Position numbers and translations under genes: made by a program | Assembly (NCBI GenBank): GCA_017499595.2 | Contig: CM039002.1 | Coordinates: 186,001 to 250,000 of the forward strand | Reading direction: 5' to 3' | Source: Psilocybe cubensis | Taxonomy: Eukaryota | Length of the DNA: 64,000 nucleotides | In this document: positions 37,608 through 51,107 of the stretch, piece after piece | How the letters are laid out: every line of letters begins with the position of its first letter | How positions within the stretch are numbered: position 1 is the first letter of the stretch | Notes under the pieces: generated by a model | The model's input: only the letters and a program-made list of their open reading frames with translations | What the model was told of the DNA's origin: nothing | Database searches by the model: none

Positions 37608-40600
37608 TTACAATGGTTTCCACCCCTCTCCAGCAGGCCACTTCAGATTATCCTTCTCCAAAAGCTCCTGCCGCTTCTCAAACACATTTCTAGATGGCAC
37701 CTTGCCGACTCCAAGCCCCATCCCACGACTCTTCCTCCACCGCTCAGACTCGTCTCCCTCCTCCGAGCCATCCCCCTCCTGGCCACTGCTGCCATCAACA
37801 GAGGGACTATCCACATCCATTCCTGGTCGACCATCATCGTTATCACCTGCAACTGGATGCCCTCTCCCGACTCTCCCTCTATCCCTTCCACGTCCGCGCT
37901 CTGCACCGGCACCAACAGGAGCACGCATTAACCCCTCTTCCTCTTCCCTTTCCTCTTCGCCCCTCTTTCCTACATGAACATGACCAACGGCACCATCACG
38001 CACGAACCCGCGGCGCGAGAGCCCGGCTTCAGCTTTATAGCGCGCACGGTCAAAATCGGCCGCGATGCTCCGGTTAAGGTTGTTCAAGTTATCCAAGATA
38101 GGCTCTATTGAGCGGCGGATCGTCGACAGTGGGGAGTCTGTCGCGTTTGTATTGGCGTTTGTATTGGCGTTTGCAGCATGCAGAGCACCAGGGGTGGAAT
38201 GCGTGTCGTATCCGTATTCATCACCGCCTCTGTCCGTGTCACGCTCCCCATCACGCCCCCACGGACCCGTTGGAACAGCCGTGCTCAGAGACGACCTTCT
38301 CCTCCCCGCCGCGGGACTGCTCGAACTCACCGTAGCATGTCGGCCAAGCCCAAACCCCAATTTATTCGGCGACGGTGGATGCGGTGGCGGGGGCTGGTAC
38401 TGCTGGTACGCCTGATACAAATTCAAATTCGACGAAGAGCCAGGAAGAACCTGTACGCTCTCCGGACGGCGTCGACGCACGGGCGGCGGGGGTGCTGGCG
38501 AAGACGCGGCTCCAGTTCCAGGTCCGCTTCCTGTCGTTGTTCCAGACGCAGACCCTTTCCCTGGACTCGCGCTTGGACTTGTCTGGTGCATCGACCGCGA
38601 TCTGAACACGCGCGGGTAGCTCGCCATCCCATTCGGACTTGGACTCGAGCTCGCGCTTGATCCCGGCGCCATGTCATGTCCCAGATGTGCTGGGGGTTTC
38701 CTATCTGGGTGTGTAGGAGGCGGATATTGCTGCTGAGACTGGTGCTGACTGTCGATGGAGCCGTGATTAGCGCTAACGCCAACACCCATGCTCATACTCA
38801 TACTCCGCACTTGACCTCGCACACGCGATCCTGCCCGAGAGCTTGATGTCGACGATGAGCCAGAGGGAGTCGAGTATCTTGAATACAACCCCTCCCTCCC
38901 TCTCTCCTTCTCTTTCTCGGTAACTCTTTCAGATAAAGGGGAGTGTGGAGCGTCATGGTCTGTGTTCAGTGTCGAATGCTGCTGCTGCTGTTGCTGTAGG
39001 CGTGAAGGGAGGGGGTCCGCAGGGGATCGAAATGGGCTCACTCCCGAATTAGCACCGGGATTATTCACTCCAAAGGGGTCCGAAAGAGACTGCGAATGGT
39101 GCGCGCGCGGATTCACATGCGCCAATGCAACCTGCTCCATCGAGCTCGCAGACATCGGCGGGGAAGGTGGTGGAGGGACCAAGTCCCTCTGTCTTTGTCT
39201 CCCAGCCTTGTCTTTACCTTCGTCAGGATAGACATACTGTGCCTGAGTCTGAGTTTGTGTTCTTCTCCGGGGTAGAGGCGGAGCCTGCCGCTCACGTCCT
39301 CGCTCCCTGTCCCTCTCATCATTGGAAGACGCTGAAGCAGAGGAGGCGTACATCTTTGCCGGTGATTCGCTCCGCAGTTGCTGGTACTGGTTGGGTTGAT
39401 GTGCGTTACCTATTAAAATATAAAGCGGGAAAGGGAAAAAAATCTCGTTAGTAATTGCCTTGACGCCAGGTAAATAATCATGATAAAATGAAGAAACAAA
39501 ACATATGAAAGTGAAGCCAGAGCAAAACAATGAAGAACAAGTGAGTGCAACGCCGCAAAAACAATGTACAATTGAAAAGTAAAAATAAAAATCAGGATAT
39601 AGTCAATGCAAGAGCTTCGCCACACCGATGAAGCTATAAAGGAGGCCAAGCGAAAAAAGGGTAAGAATGCAAGAGCCCCTGAATGCAGCACAGGAAGTTC
39701 TTCCACATTAAAGGACCTTAATGGGAAATTAATTTGAAGCAACGCCACTTCTTCTACGCCAACGTCAACGTCAACGTCCGTCAGACGCAGATCTAAAGAA
39801 CCACACCCTCAAAAAGGAAAAAAAAAAAGGTATCGAGATGAAGACGCATAACCAACCCAAAAAGGAAATTCATATCCCTCACTCGCTCACTCAAGCGCTC
39901 AAATTCTTCCCTCCCAAAAAATAGAACATCAAAAGCAAACAAGAACAAAAAACTCGAAAAAATTGAAGAATGTAGAGAAAAAAAGACTCACCACTCCCGC
40001 CGCCGCTTCTCTTCAATACCTGCATCACCCGCTCCTTCTCAAGCATCTCTTCAGCCTTCTTCATCGTCTGCGCTACCTTGGACGCGTGCAAACTCTGCTT
40101 CATCAGCGTCGAAGTCACATGCGACGACAGTCCGAGCGGCTGCGGCTGCGTTAACGGTGGGTGCGGCACAGGGCGCGCGATACCCACTTTCGCCGGCGAT
40201 ATCGAACGCTCAACGCGCTCCCGATTTCGAGAGGAAACGTGCTGCGGTGGGGGCACAAGTGGCACGATATGTGATCCTGTGCTCGTCAGCGCGCCTTGTC
40301 CCTGCGTTTGTGGAAGAGGTGGAGGTGGAGGTGGAGGTTTTCGCGGCGGCAATGGCGGGATCCTGCCATCGTCCGACCGTGTAGATTTAACGGGCGGTTG
40401 CTGTTGCTGCGATTGGAACTGCGAGTGTGTTTCTGTTTGTGGGAGAGGTGCAGAAGGGGGCGGGGGTCGGTGATGAGATACAAATGGGTTGTGTGTTGCA
40501 TGTTGTTGCTGTTGTGAGGTCGATGCTGCTACTGCGGCTGATGGGGTGGACTTGGACGACTCGGAGCGTTGCGAAGGGTGTAGGGGTGGCTGTGGGTGCG

Positions 40601-41658
40601 AATGCGATGAGTGCTGATTCGCCTGCGCAAATGGGTTATGTGATGATCCAGACGCCGTCATTGTCGCTGTTGCGGAAGTAGAAGTTGGCCGTCGTGAAGG
40701 AGGGGGAGGAGGTGGAGGAAGGTCGGCATGGCGTTTCGACGGTGAGGATGTACGGGATGTAGAGGGGGTGGTGTGCGTCGCTGTGATAAGGTAATTGGAT
40801 TGTGTTTAGGATTAGACGAATTTTGAAAGCGATAAAACAGAATTTCAGTAACGCACTGCTTGCTGTCGTTCCTGCTACTGATACTGGAACGGCTCCTGGA
40901 GATACACGGGGTAGTGGAACGGCTAGATTGAGATAGATTAGATGGACGATCATTCATTTGAATCATTCCGTTGTCGTCGTCGGTGGAGTAGTTGATACAG
41001 ATGCAAAGAGTAAATGATGAATGGATGCACAAATCGATGAACAATGAGCATAAACACACCCTGGACGAAGGCTAGAGACCGTTCGACGTCTTGGCCGTTC
41101 TCGGCGTGCACGACTAGCCTGAGCGCTGCAAAGAACTCGGATCCAGACAGCACGTCCCCGTGCGCGATGGTTGGGGAGAACAGTCTGAGAATCTACATCC
41201 GTTGAACAACAGTGTCATGTTAGGAAGCCCGATGCCAGCCGTGGTCATTGTCACCCTTGTCGGTGTACCAACAAATAGGAATCCAACGAACGAGCAAGGC
41301 GAAAGGAGACAAGCAAACGAGGAAAAGAACGCGAACGGACCTTATCTATAGCCGAGGAGGGCACATGGGAATATCTTCCCCTCAGCCACGCTCGTACTTC
41401 CCGCACGCCGATCTTCATATCCTCAAAATATGCATCCGAGTCGCCCTCGTTTCCCTGGCCAGGGCCATGCCCCACGCCTCCTGTCCGTGCAGCTCCACCT
41501 TTGCTCTTCCCACTCCCACCCACAGCTTTGCTATTGCCACCCTGTTCATCTTCATCTTCATCTCCAAGCGCGATGTCCTTTAAGCTCGAGGTATATAGCT
41601 CGTACTCTGCATCGCTCAGTGCAGAGGCATGCAGCGCCAGCCTCCGGAGCGATGCCAT
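37608..41658 (-). CDS. Large low-complexity protein with an N-terminal EH-like segment, NPF motifs and polyproline tracts
   Basis: ATG 41658 MASLRRLALHASALSDAEYELY..VREVRAWLRGRY..|ILRLFSP..GDVLSGSEFFAALRLVVHAENG; HNPF twice; PPLPPRKPPP; last exon ends DNLKWPAGEGWKPL*. Internal exon boundaries partly uncertain. Confidence 0.8.
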
Positions 41659-44455
41659 CGTGAATCGTTAATCGTTAATCGTAAGCGTAATCGTCAAAAA
41701 TGAATGAGGTTTTGCCAACTTGGCGCCGGCGTTTGGTGGTGGATGTGTCGGAGGTGTCGTAAAGGTGTCGGGGTGGATGTGATGATACTTTGTGTTGGGT
41801 GCAAGGTCCCCTGCTCCGACCTCGCGTTCAGCTCAGATTAGCCTTGCTCTTCCCAATCCTCGTTTTTCACACGTGCTGGACCGTGCCGGTATGCCGGCGT
41901 GCTTGAATACTAATATCTGCAAATACATCTGCCCCTATCTCTGGCGCAAATCTAGCGGTTCCTTGACGCTGTATACTCCAATCAACTACTAAATAGTCAA
42001 AGCTTCTGTGTAAAAAGATGTTTACTCTTACCAAATATTGATATTCCTCAAAACAACAATTCACAGCTTTCTGTATGTTTCAAATGAAAAAACCGTGGAT
42101 ATTAAATATTAAATACTTCCACAAGCGGTCCTGAGTGATCTACAATTCTATTCTAAACGCGTAGTCTTCAGTGATTTTTGCATTGAGAGGAAGATTAAGC
42201 GATTCTACTCTACCAGAATTTTCGACAGCTATTTTCCACAAAATTGCCTAGTGGTGACTGACAGGGACCTTTTTCCGACCCTACCGCACATCATTGTCTC
42301 TAAAGCTTGGTAATTTTGGGGAAGCAAGTGGTTTTCATAACACATGCTTTTCAGACGAGGCTTAGCTCTCTTGTACTGCAGGAAAATGGTCAGACACTGT
42401 GTTTTCGGAAAGTTGGAGATACCAGACATATCTCCGTTCAAGAATGTTATCTGAGTTATAGGCTTGATCAAAAGACAACGGCGATATGGATTTCGGATAT
42501 ATCTCCTTCCCCTGAAACTGGCTGTCTATATAAACTCTAAGATGGGAGCCTACTTTGGCTTCCCTCTATCCAATGCACCAGGCTTCCTGCAAGTCCAATT
42601 ATAACCGCTGGCAATTTGCGTATGCGTCCCGGCGGAAGGCTCTGGCGTCCCCGATCTGGACCCGGCTTAGAACTTTAGACGTTCAATTGAGCACAACATC
42701 TCTAACAGGTTTTTTCAACGGCGCGCTACTGCGTTTTGACTCCTAGGATCACAATTCAGACGTTACTTTCAGGAAACGGCCAAAATTCAGGGTCCAACTG
42801 ATGCCCTTTGACTTCACATAGGCTTTCTCAGAAACTAGGCTGTGTTTATGTCTACAATCTTAAAACTTACTTCAATATACACATGTCTGCAGTCTGTTCA
42901 CAAAATTATTAACCGCTGATTTCCGAGCGTACACCATGACAGTCGCCGTGATTCCAAGGATATTGAAATGACTATGTGAATGTAACAAGTATGCTTCGTC
43001 CTAGGTCTAGTATTGCAATAGAGACACCCAAATGCAGTTGTCAGCAAGAAGCTTAGCTGGACAGAAAAAGAAATAGACGGCGTCTGTTCCATCGTCATGA
43101 TATCTGATGAAAGCATACGTATCATGTAGGTTAAGCTATTGAAGGTTTGTAGAATCCATGGCGTTTATATTTGCAGCAACCAAATATAGAACACAGAGGA
43201 AGGGATGAAATAGCAAACTTCTGCATTGTGCCTAGGCATTTTTTGGCTTCGTAACCGTTCGTTTTATGGCAGTTTGACAAACAGAGCATAAGGTATCGTT
43301 CTAAGTACTAACTCACGGTCTAATTTCAGCTCATTCTAGTCAGTGTCTTCGTAGGATAGCAAATCTACCATTTCCGAGAATCTTGCGCCTTTAGAAAAGC
43401 ATGAGAGAGACTATTAACTGGGAAGGCCTTACTTCTGCGTGCTATGGTGAGGAAATACCATCTTATACATATATACGAAGCTATAAAGCATCAAGAATCA
43501 GACATGAAGCGCATGCATGATGTTCGAGAGAAAACCACGGATCCGTGGACACATAATTATATAACTTCTGTCACTTCATGGAAGCCTCAATCTAGGGTCA
43601 GCGGATAATCCAGGTCTAACAGGCCTTTCGTGGAAGTGTCGAATATGTTGGGATTGCCGTAAGACCACAACAGTGAGGACACACATGTTCTTCATGGCCG
43701 CCGCACTCCTGGAAACCAACACGCGTAACAGGGTATCCTCGTTCACGTCCGACGTCGGCTGACTGACAGTAAGTACTTCAATAGACTGCAAAGAATTCTT
43801 CGTCGGTTCTTCTTTGATTAATTTCTGTCTATGATCAACCCACCCACGTCTACGCCAGAGGATAGACGCCAAACTGCCACTACTACTACACAAAGAGAGA
43901 TGAAACACCAGCCAGTTTTGCTATCCCAAACTTAGAGTATATGTGCTCATCCAGGCCAGAACGCAAACGTACATTCTGCACATGAGAATATGAGATCAGC
44001 ATTACAGGAAGGACAACAAAAATAGGAGCCCGTCCAGGGTTCGGTAGTATTTGGCGCACATGACCCCTACAGCTATACTTTCTCTGAGCGAGATTCTCAG
44101 GCACACAGCGGTAGTCGTAATTAGGGACACAGAAGCACAAAAAACCTGCGTCGACGATCATTCACAACGACTGGTTCCGCTCATTTTCCCAAGATACTTT
44201 ATTAATTCCGGTTCACTTTCAACTTTCAGTGTCCAGGCCGTATGCTCTAATATAGATTGAATAATCGAAGTATCATTCTCAAACGACTGACTGATTCAAC
44301 TATCAAGAGAGTTGTTCTCTATCCTTCCATGCCACTTCACACCGAATTCTTTTTGCAAACTTGGAACCAAAAATTCACTGCACCACTACAGCTATAAGAC
44401 TCGGAGTACGTCTCATATGTTCACCGTGAAGCATACCCACTACTGACAGTGAACA

Positions 44456-45782
44456 ATGCCTGGCCAACTCTCACTCGAAAAGACTTTCTTATTAGCCGCT
44501 TGGGTTGAGGCAAGCCATCAATCTATGTATTGCTTCTCATGCTAATCTCAGATATCGCTATGCAGGCCATTCTATACGGTACGAACGGCTACTCCGCAGT
44601 TTCTTCATTAAACGCTTGAAATGGTCTAACTTACACACAGGTTTCTTATGTTGTATCTTTGGGGCGACCATGATCGTGTACTTCTCCCCAAAATACAGCC
44701 GTGTAGGCGCTAAGCGAGATATGCATGCCACTGTCCGTTTCCTCTCTTTTTTACGTTAATACTGCCATGAACTAACTTTTTCCCGCGTTGGTTAGGGTAT
44801 GATTATCGTTTCGGCAGTAATGTTCTTTATGGCTACTTTCCACCTTGCCATCAATGGCTTTCGCCTTGTCCGTGGCTACGCCGACATGAGTGATGCCGAA
44901 GGAGGTCCCGTTGCCTATTATGGCGATTTGAGGCGATGGGATCACATCCTAAAGGACACCATCTTCGTAACCCAGGAAAACCTTGGAAGTGCTGCAGCGG
45001 TAAACATAGATTCATCACCTGTTGTGACGCGAAAGCTCACTGCAAGGCAGATTTACAGGACATGGACATTGTGGGCACATAATTGGAAAGTCATCATCAT
45101 CCCCACAGTGATGCTGATGGTCAACATTGGTACGGCACTCTTAAATAACTCATCTCATCACAAACCTCATTCAGTGATTCAGTTGCTGGATATATTCTGT
45201 GCGCAACATACAGCTCCGTTGACTTGACGGCAACCATCTTTTATCCTCGCATAGAAATATGGATCAAGACGTTCTATTCCATGGCGGTCGTCCTCAACAT
45301 CATCACAACGAGTCTCATGGCCTGGCGTATCTACAGTATACACAAGCAATCAGCCAACTATAGCCTCGGTCAAGGAAAACTTTTATCTATTCTACGCATC
45401 TTGGTTGAATCTGCGGCCCTCCAGCTCATAGCGGAAATCGTTTTGCTAGCTCTTTATTGTCAAGACATTAACGCACAGTATTTCCTTCTTGAGTGCGTCG
45501 CAGCTGTTGTAGTATGTATTTATACCAGTTCTGTTGCATACCGTTGACTGACTTCGACTGACGTAGGCCATCACGTTCAACACAATCACACTTCGTATCA
45601 AAGTCGAGACATACTCTGAGAAACACAACTCCCTTCCCGGAATGTCGGGACATCCCACTCAAACAATCGGTAGCATTCCAATGAAGAGAATCCACGTCAA
45701 CATTGAGCAGGAAGTGGACAACCGCGACGATAGGAGCTTTAGCCCTCTTGATGACAGAATTTCAGAGATGGAGAAGGCGTAA
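44456..45782 (+). CDS. Uncharacterised multi-pass (about 7 TM) membrane protein, paralog B
   Basis: MPGQLSLEKTFLLAAWVE|AILYG|FLCCIFGATM... Same intron positions as 9872..11203; first intron has a GC donor (44510). Confidence 0.88.
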
Positions 45783-47431
45783 AGTAGATTTCGTAGCCTC
45801 CCCTGAGGCAGTAGTGTACCTCATTGCTTCGTTATTGGCTTGGCGGACTTAATGCGCAGGACGCTTACTAGTTACTCTGGACGGTTTCACAAATATGTAG
45901 TAATGATCTTACTCGTGCGATAAGTTTGCACTCCCAGAAGGGTATAATACCTGACTCTGAGATGTCTGCTAGAAATTGTGTCTAGCTCTTATCTTAGCGA
46001 AGCACGAGAGATCATATATTGGGTGCTACATACTAATCATTGATCAGACGTTCGGTTTACTACCCATGTCCCTTATGTCTCACGATCTTAGAGCTTCGGA
46101 ACTTTTAGTCTGAGTTTGAGTCGGAGGCAAAATAAATCGGCAAATTTGACTACAATTTTGTTCTCCGCCGGAACTCTCCCGTGTATCTGGAGCCGAGATT
46201 ATATAAGTGCTACATAATTCGGCATTGATTTTATCAGAATTTTGTCATGTCTTTCACCTTTCATAGATTTAAAAGGAGTAATTATTTGAATTCACTTAGT
46301 GAGTTAGAAGGGCATCTACAAGGCATCTACAAAGTTGAAAGAGATGTTAAGCGGCGATGCCGCTTGCGGAACTTGCCGGCCAATTTAGGGTTTACAATGA
46401 CATGCTCACACTATTGTTTCGGTGAAAAAAATAAAAAACACATCCAATTTGAGCCTATATATATGGTGACCCTATAATTTATCTTAATGTAATTGCTATA
46501 ACCGCCCCCGGTATGGCCGTCCAAAAGTACCCTCTCTCCGACGTGCCAGGTGTTAATGGCGCTTCAGAGATTAATCGGCAAGACTTTATCCAGCAGGTGA
46601 CACATATGTATAAGGTCAACTTTGCTGTTTTTATTCTCATATTCGGTTCTCAATTATCCTAGAATAAGGCCAAAGCTCAGGCTGCATGATAGACATCTCT
46701 TACAGTTGTCAAACTCGTTGTAATAAGTTTAATGGCAGTATTTGTCATGATGTGCGTCTCAGGAATAATGTTAAAATATGGGCGGTTATAATGATGCACA
46801 TAAAAAATTAAGCCTTTATTCATGTACATTGTCATAAAAAATCAAGGTCCCACCTAAGCCAACAAAAGTGAACTTACAATCTGCTGTACTGCTGCTTTAC
46901 AATCCATCTATCATCTTGGAAATTAAACTCTTACAGTTTTCAAGATGCGGTATGTAACTAAATTTTACTTAGATTACCGTGATAATCACGATCCATCCAT
47001 ATTGGGAGCATTCACACCCTACTAAAATACACTTCACCAGTACCTTTTTACGTGATAATTTTGTTAAACGTTTTGCCAATCCAATGTCAATCCAAACAAT
47101 GCTTCCCGCGTATGTGCGTACGCGATTCTGAGTTAGATGTGTATCAATACAACAGCCTCTTCAACGCGATTTCAATGGCCTCCGTGTAAATTTGCACTGG
47201 TAGCGATAGGGGTTGTACTAATTTCGTTTATGTAGGTAAATCCTCGGAATGATATAAATAGTCTCACTCGATACGAAACGCTTCCCGCAGCAACCTCTGT
47301 GCACACTGCAATACTTCGAAGCAATCTGTGGGAAAGGCACGCTCTTTCAGATCTATTCTTACACCTCTTTTCTACGGGCTCAAGGTTCGAGGAGAAGCTT
47401 GCTTGCTGCCCACTACCACCGACCACTCAAG

Positions 47432-48456
47432 ATGCCCACCGACGGTCCAGGAATGACTTTAAAAGCGTTCAGGCGCGAGGCATTGTTTGATTCACGGTGG
47501 TATCTTAGATCCAAGCGTATAGGTGCGCCTTGTCTAACGAGCGTGTGTGTACAACGAAACGGTCTAATGCAAATTTTGGGCGTTGTAGTCGTGTACCAAG
47601 CGACTGTGCTCATTTCAATGGCAGCTCAGGTATGTCTATCTTACTGCGATCACCCTAGTAAGGATATATAATTTTAATCACGTTCTCAGGGTGCAGGAAC
47701 ATACTGCATGTTCAAACATAGAGACTTTGCCAACCATATCCACAGTTTCAGCATGAACATTGCAAATGTCCACAATATTGATATCAGAGCAACCACTATT
47801 CTTAGCATGATCTTTCCGGCGATGCTTAGTCTCGACTTGAATGCTGCATACTATTCTCTTGTCTTCTATCCTGGAAAGAACTTCCCGTTGTTCAACAAAA
47901 TTGTAGCTTGGTTGACAGTCTTCATAACCATTGGTATGACGGCCACTACTCTCGCAGGAACGGTGCGCACATTCGATAATTTAAATGCTATTTGTACATA
48001 TCTAACGTGTACATAGGTTATTGTGGCTTCACGCTCTGCGTCAATATCCGGTGTTGATGCAGCTACGGCCCAACAACTTACAGAACTCTATTTCCGACCT
48101 CCCCTAAGTATGCGTGCAACTCACATTCCGCCAGATTTTCATATTAACTGATATCCCAATGATTTAGAGTATAGAGAATGGGGTCAGAATATTGCCTGGA
48201 TTGTTCTCATGTGGATCACTCTTGCCTTAAATTTTGCAAGGTGCGTTCTTTATAATTCTAATCCAAAACGCGCTCTTATGTTGTAATCAGCGTGGTGCTG
48301 ATGCGACAGGCATCATTACACGACTCTAAAAATGGGTCTAACCTGATTTCAACAGCTGATCATGAACCAGAATTTGATTCTGGAATGGAAGGTTCAACGG
48401 GGGAGAAAGATAAGACAGATAAGGTTATTGAGGAAAAGGTTCTTCCAGTGGTATAA
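47432..48456 (+). CDS. Uncharacterised fungal membrane protein (about 4 TM)
   Basis: Spliced MPTDGPGMTLKAFRREALFDSRWYLRSKRI|VVYQATVLISMAAQ|GAGTY..|VIVASRSASISGVD..YFRPPL|KYREWGQNIAWIVLMW..EKVLPVV*. Consistent GT-AG phases. Confidence 0.8.
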
Positions 48457-48589
48457 TTATCTCCCTCTATCTTCTTTCAGCCTTCTGTACCATTGTAAAG
48501 AATCATATAACTGTGAACCATTGGCTCAGAAATTAATTACTATAGAATTCGTACGCTAAATAGAAAATGTGGTGTGATGCGTATGTCGG

Positions 48590-50141
48590 TCAAACATAAG
48601 GCGATTTTGGTCTGGCTTCCATACCCATCTATATAGCATGTTTTTGTCAGATATTTGATGAGAGGATATACTTATGACACCGTACCTTCTCATAAGTTTG
48701 TTCAATCGCCTGCATGACGGCTACTGAGTCCTCCTTCGACATCCAGATTCTCGGCTTATTCCCTTTTATCCTGGTAACAAACGCTTCTAGTTGGTACCTA
48801 AATGTAGACCACCAGGGCTCTCCAGCCGGTCTCGTGCCATCTCCATCTGAGAAGGTGTATGCCTTGTGTATCGTTTTCTTCCCAGAAAGGTCAGTAACAA
48901 CTATAGAGTGATACAGATGGGGAAACATGTATTGGTTCAGCTTCGCTGTTCCTTTCTCTCCCACAACTTCTACGCCGAAGTCGAGTTTTGGAATAATTCC
49001 GAATCTGGGTGGAACAGAGATCTTGCTAGCGAAGTCGGCTGTCACTCCGTTAGGGAGTTGAAGAGTGCCACGGACATTGTCATCCATGTTGTGAACGTGG
49101 TGAACATCAGTATCGTACTCTGCGGATGTTACCGATATCGGAACAGAGGAAGACACAAGACGAATCATCTCGATAGCATAACCTGTCAAATATATAGTTA
49201 ATAAACAATCAACGATTCCGCGAGCTTTATCAAAGAGAGATTTACATCCGACATCCATCATGCATCCTTTCCCCAAAGCGAATTTGTCATCAGTGTAGAG
49301 GGCACCGGCGAGACTAGGTAGAAACGTAGTCGACGATATATGTTTGATGGAACCTATGTCGCCTCGTTCGATGATTTCTCTCAACCGTGCAACAGCAGGA
49401 TGGAAGCTATCGTTGTCGGAAGAAGCATCATTCATCAAGGTAAACATCAGTCAATGCTAATGAGATACTATTGATTGAGTTCTAGCTCACCGAACGTGCA
49501 TGGCTTCCATGAGAACCAGTCCCTTTGTTTCTGCAAGCTCGTGTGCCCTTCGTGCTTCTTCCGCTCTCATAGCAATCGGTTTTTCGACCAAAACGTGTTT
49601 ACCCGCGTTCAGAGACCGCATCGTCCATTCATAATGCATGATATTGGGTAACTGATCAAATAATACACCTGTTAGGTTCAATTTTCCCAAAAAAAGTGGC
49701 GAATGGTACTTACGGGTATGTACACAACATCTATTTCAGGGTCTTCAACGAGGGCTAAACCAGGCAAGTCTACCATCAGTGTTAAAACATTGACAAACTG
49801 TAACAACACTCGCCTTGATATGCATCTTTTCCGGAATATACCTTCCTGATTGAGTGTTTCTTCGCAAACTTTTCTGTATTCTCCGGATTTCTGCCAGCAA
49901 TTGCGTATACCTCCACGCTCGGATGACTCCTTGCTGGAAGAATGAGAGCTTGCACCGAGATGTCTGCAGTAGATATGATGCCAAATTTAAGGGGATTGTT
50001 ATCATTTGGCAGAGTCGGTGGGTTGAAGCTCTACGTAAGGCAAGGAATACGTTTCGGTCTTTAGCTGTTTGGTCTCTGTACTTTTCTATAGAATGAACTT
50101 ACTGTCGCCGCGCGCTTAATAGAAGCAATAAATGAAGACAT
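48590..50141 (-). CDS. Gfo/Idh/MocA family NAD(P)-dependent oxidoreductase
   Basis: PLKFGIISTADIS, DPEIDVVYIP|LPNIMHYEWTMRSLNAGKHVLVEKP, MEAMH.RFHPA, GCMMDVGC, YQLEAFV. GC-AG intron near 49813. Confidence 0.92.
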
Positions 50142-51107
50142 TGTGTTCTATGTCCAGGTTTGGAGCGTTACGGTCTTCTGGAGAGTTCGAAAGTCGAGGA
50201 TATTGACCTGAACAGGCCTCACATTTATAAAGTTGGCGATGACAACCTCGGCTAATTACTATTCATTGTCGTGTAGCCCAGCTGAGACCAAATATCGTAA
50301 AGAAGAGTACGGAATGTTGTAGCAAAGACCATGAGATGTGTCAGACATGCCAAATAAAGGCATGGATTCAGCCGGAGAATGCCTTGCGGTCAAATAGGAA
50401 GGAAGGCTCACTCACTCTGTTGAACGTTGCCTCTAGCGAAGATACATTTCGACGCGTATTACGCAGAAGATATTAGTCAAAGTCACGATCAATGATCAAA
50501 ACGTCGGCTAGGTTATCTATATGTCAAATTAAATATTATGTGAAGATGGGTGTGCCAAGCACCTACAAACTCAGTTTCGATCGTCTTATGTAATTAGGGG
50601 TGGGAAGAACGCAAGAGCGAGGAGAACTCAGAAAAGTTGCATACAACAAGCATACATCAAACCAAAGCACTTAATATACATCCTACTACTTAATAAAAAC
50701 TTTTTAACTTTGTACTACCAAGAAAAAACACAAAAAAAAACGAACTGAAGTTGTGGCCAGCAGGCAACGACTTCAAGGTGTGTATGAATTTGAGGCGCCG
50801 ATAAGAATAAGAACTAACGGCATCACCAAAAACCCATATCAAAAGCAGTGCCGGTCGATGCCGGCTCACGCAACGCAAGTTACTATACATAGTACGAGCA
50901 AATAAAAATTAATATAATTATAAATTACAGCCGACCAGACTCTCACACCTCGCAGACAGAAGCAAGTTGCGCACAACTCAATAACACTTGTGTTCGATTT
51001 GTGTATAGGCGCCGGGCAGCATCAGTAATTGTCATATTATCACTTGAAAAGAGGTCGCCAACCAGGTGAGATGACCCGCCTAAACTGACTTCACCTAAAC
51101 GGCATCT

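Noticed and set aside
6889..50141. MDR reductase, P450, GMC and Gfo/Idh/MocA genes as a secondary-metabolite cluster
   Set aside because: No PKS, NRPS, terpene synthase, prenyltransferase or RiPP precursor seen, and the genes are spread out among housekeeping genes.
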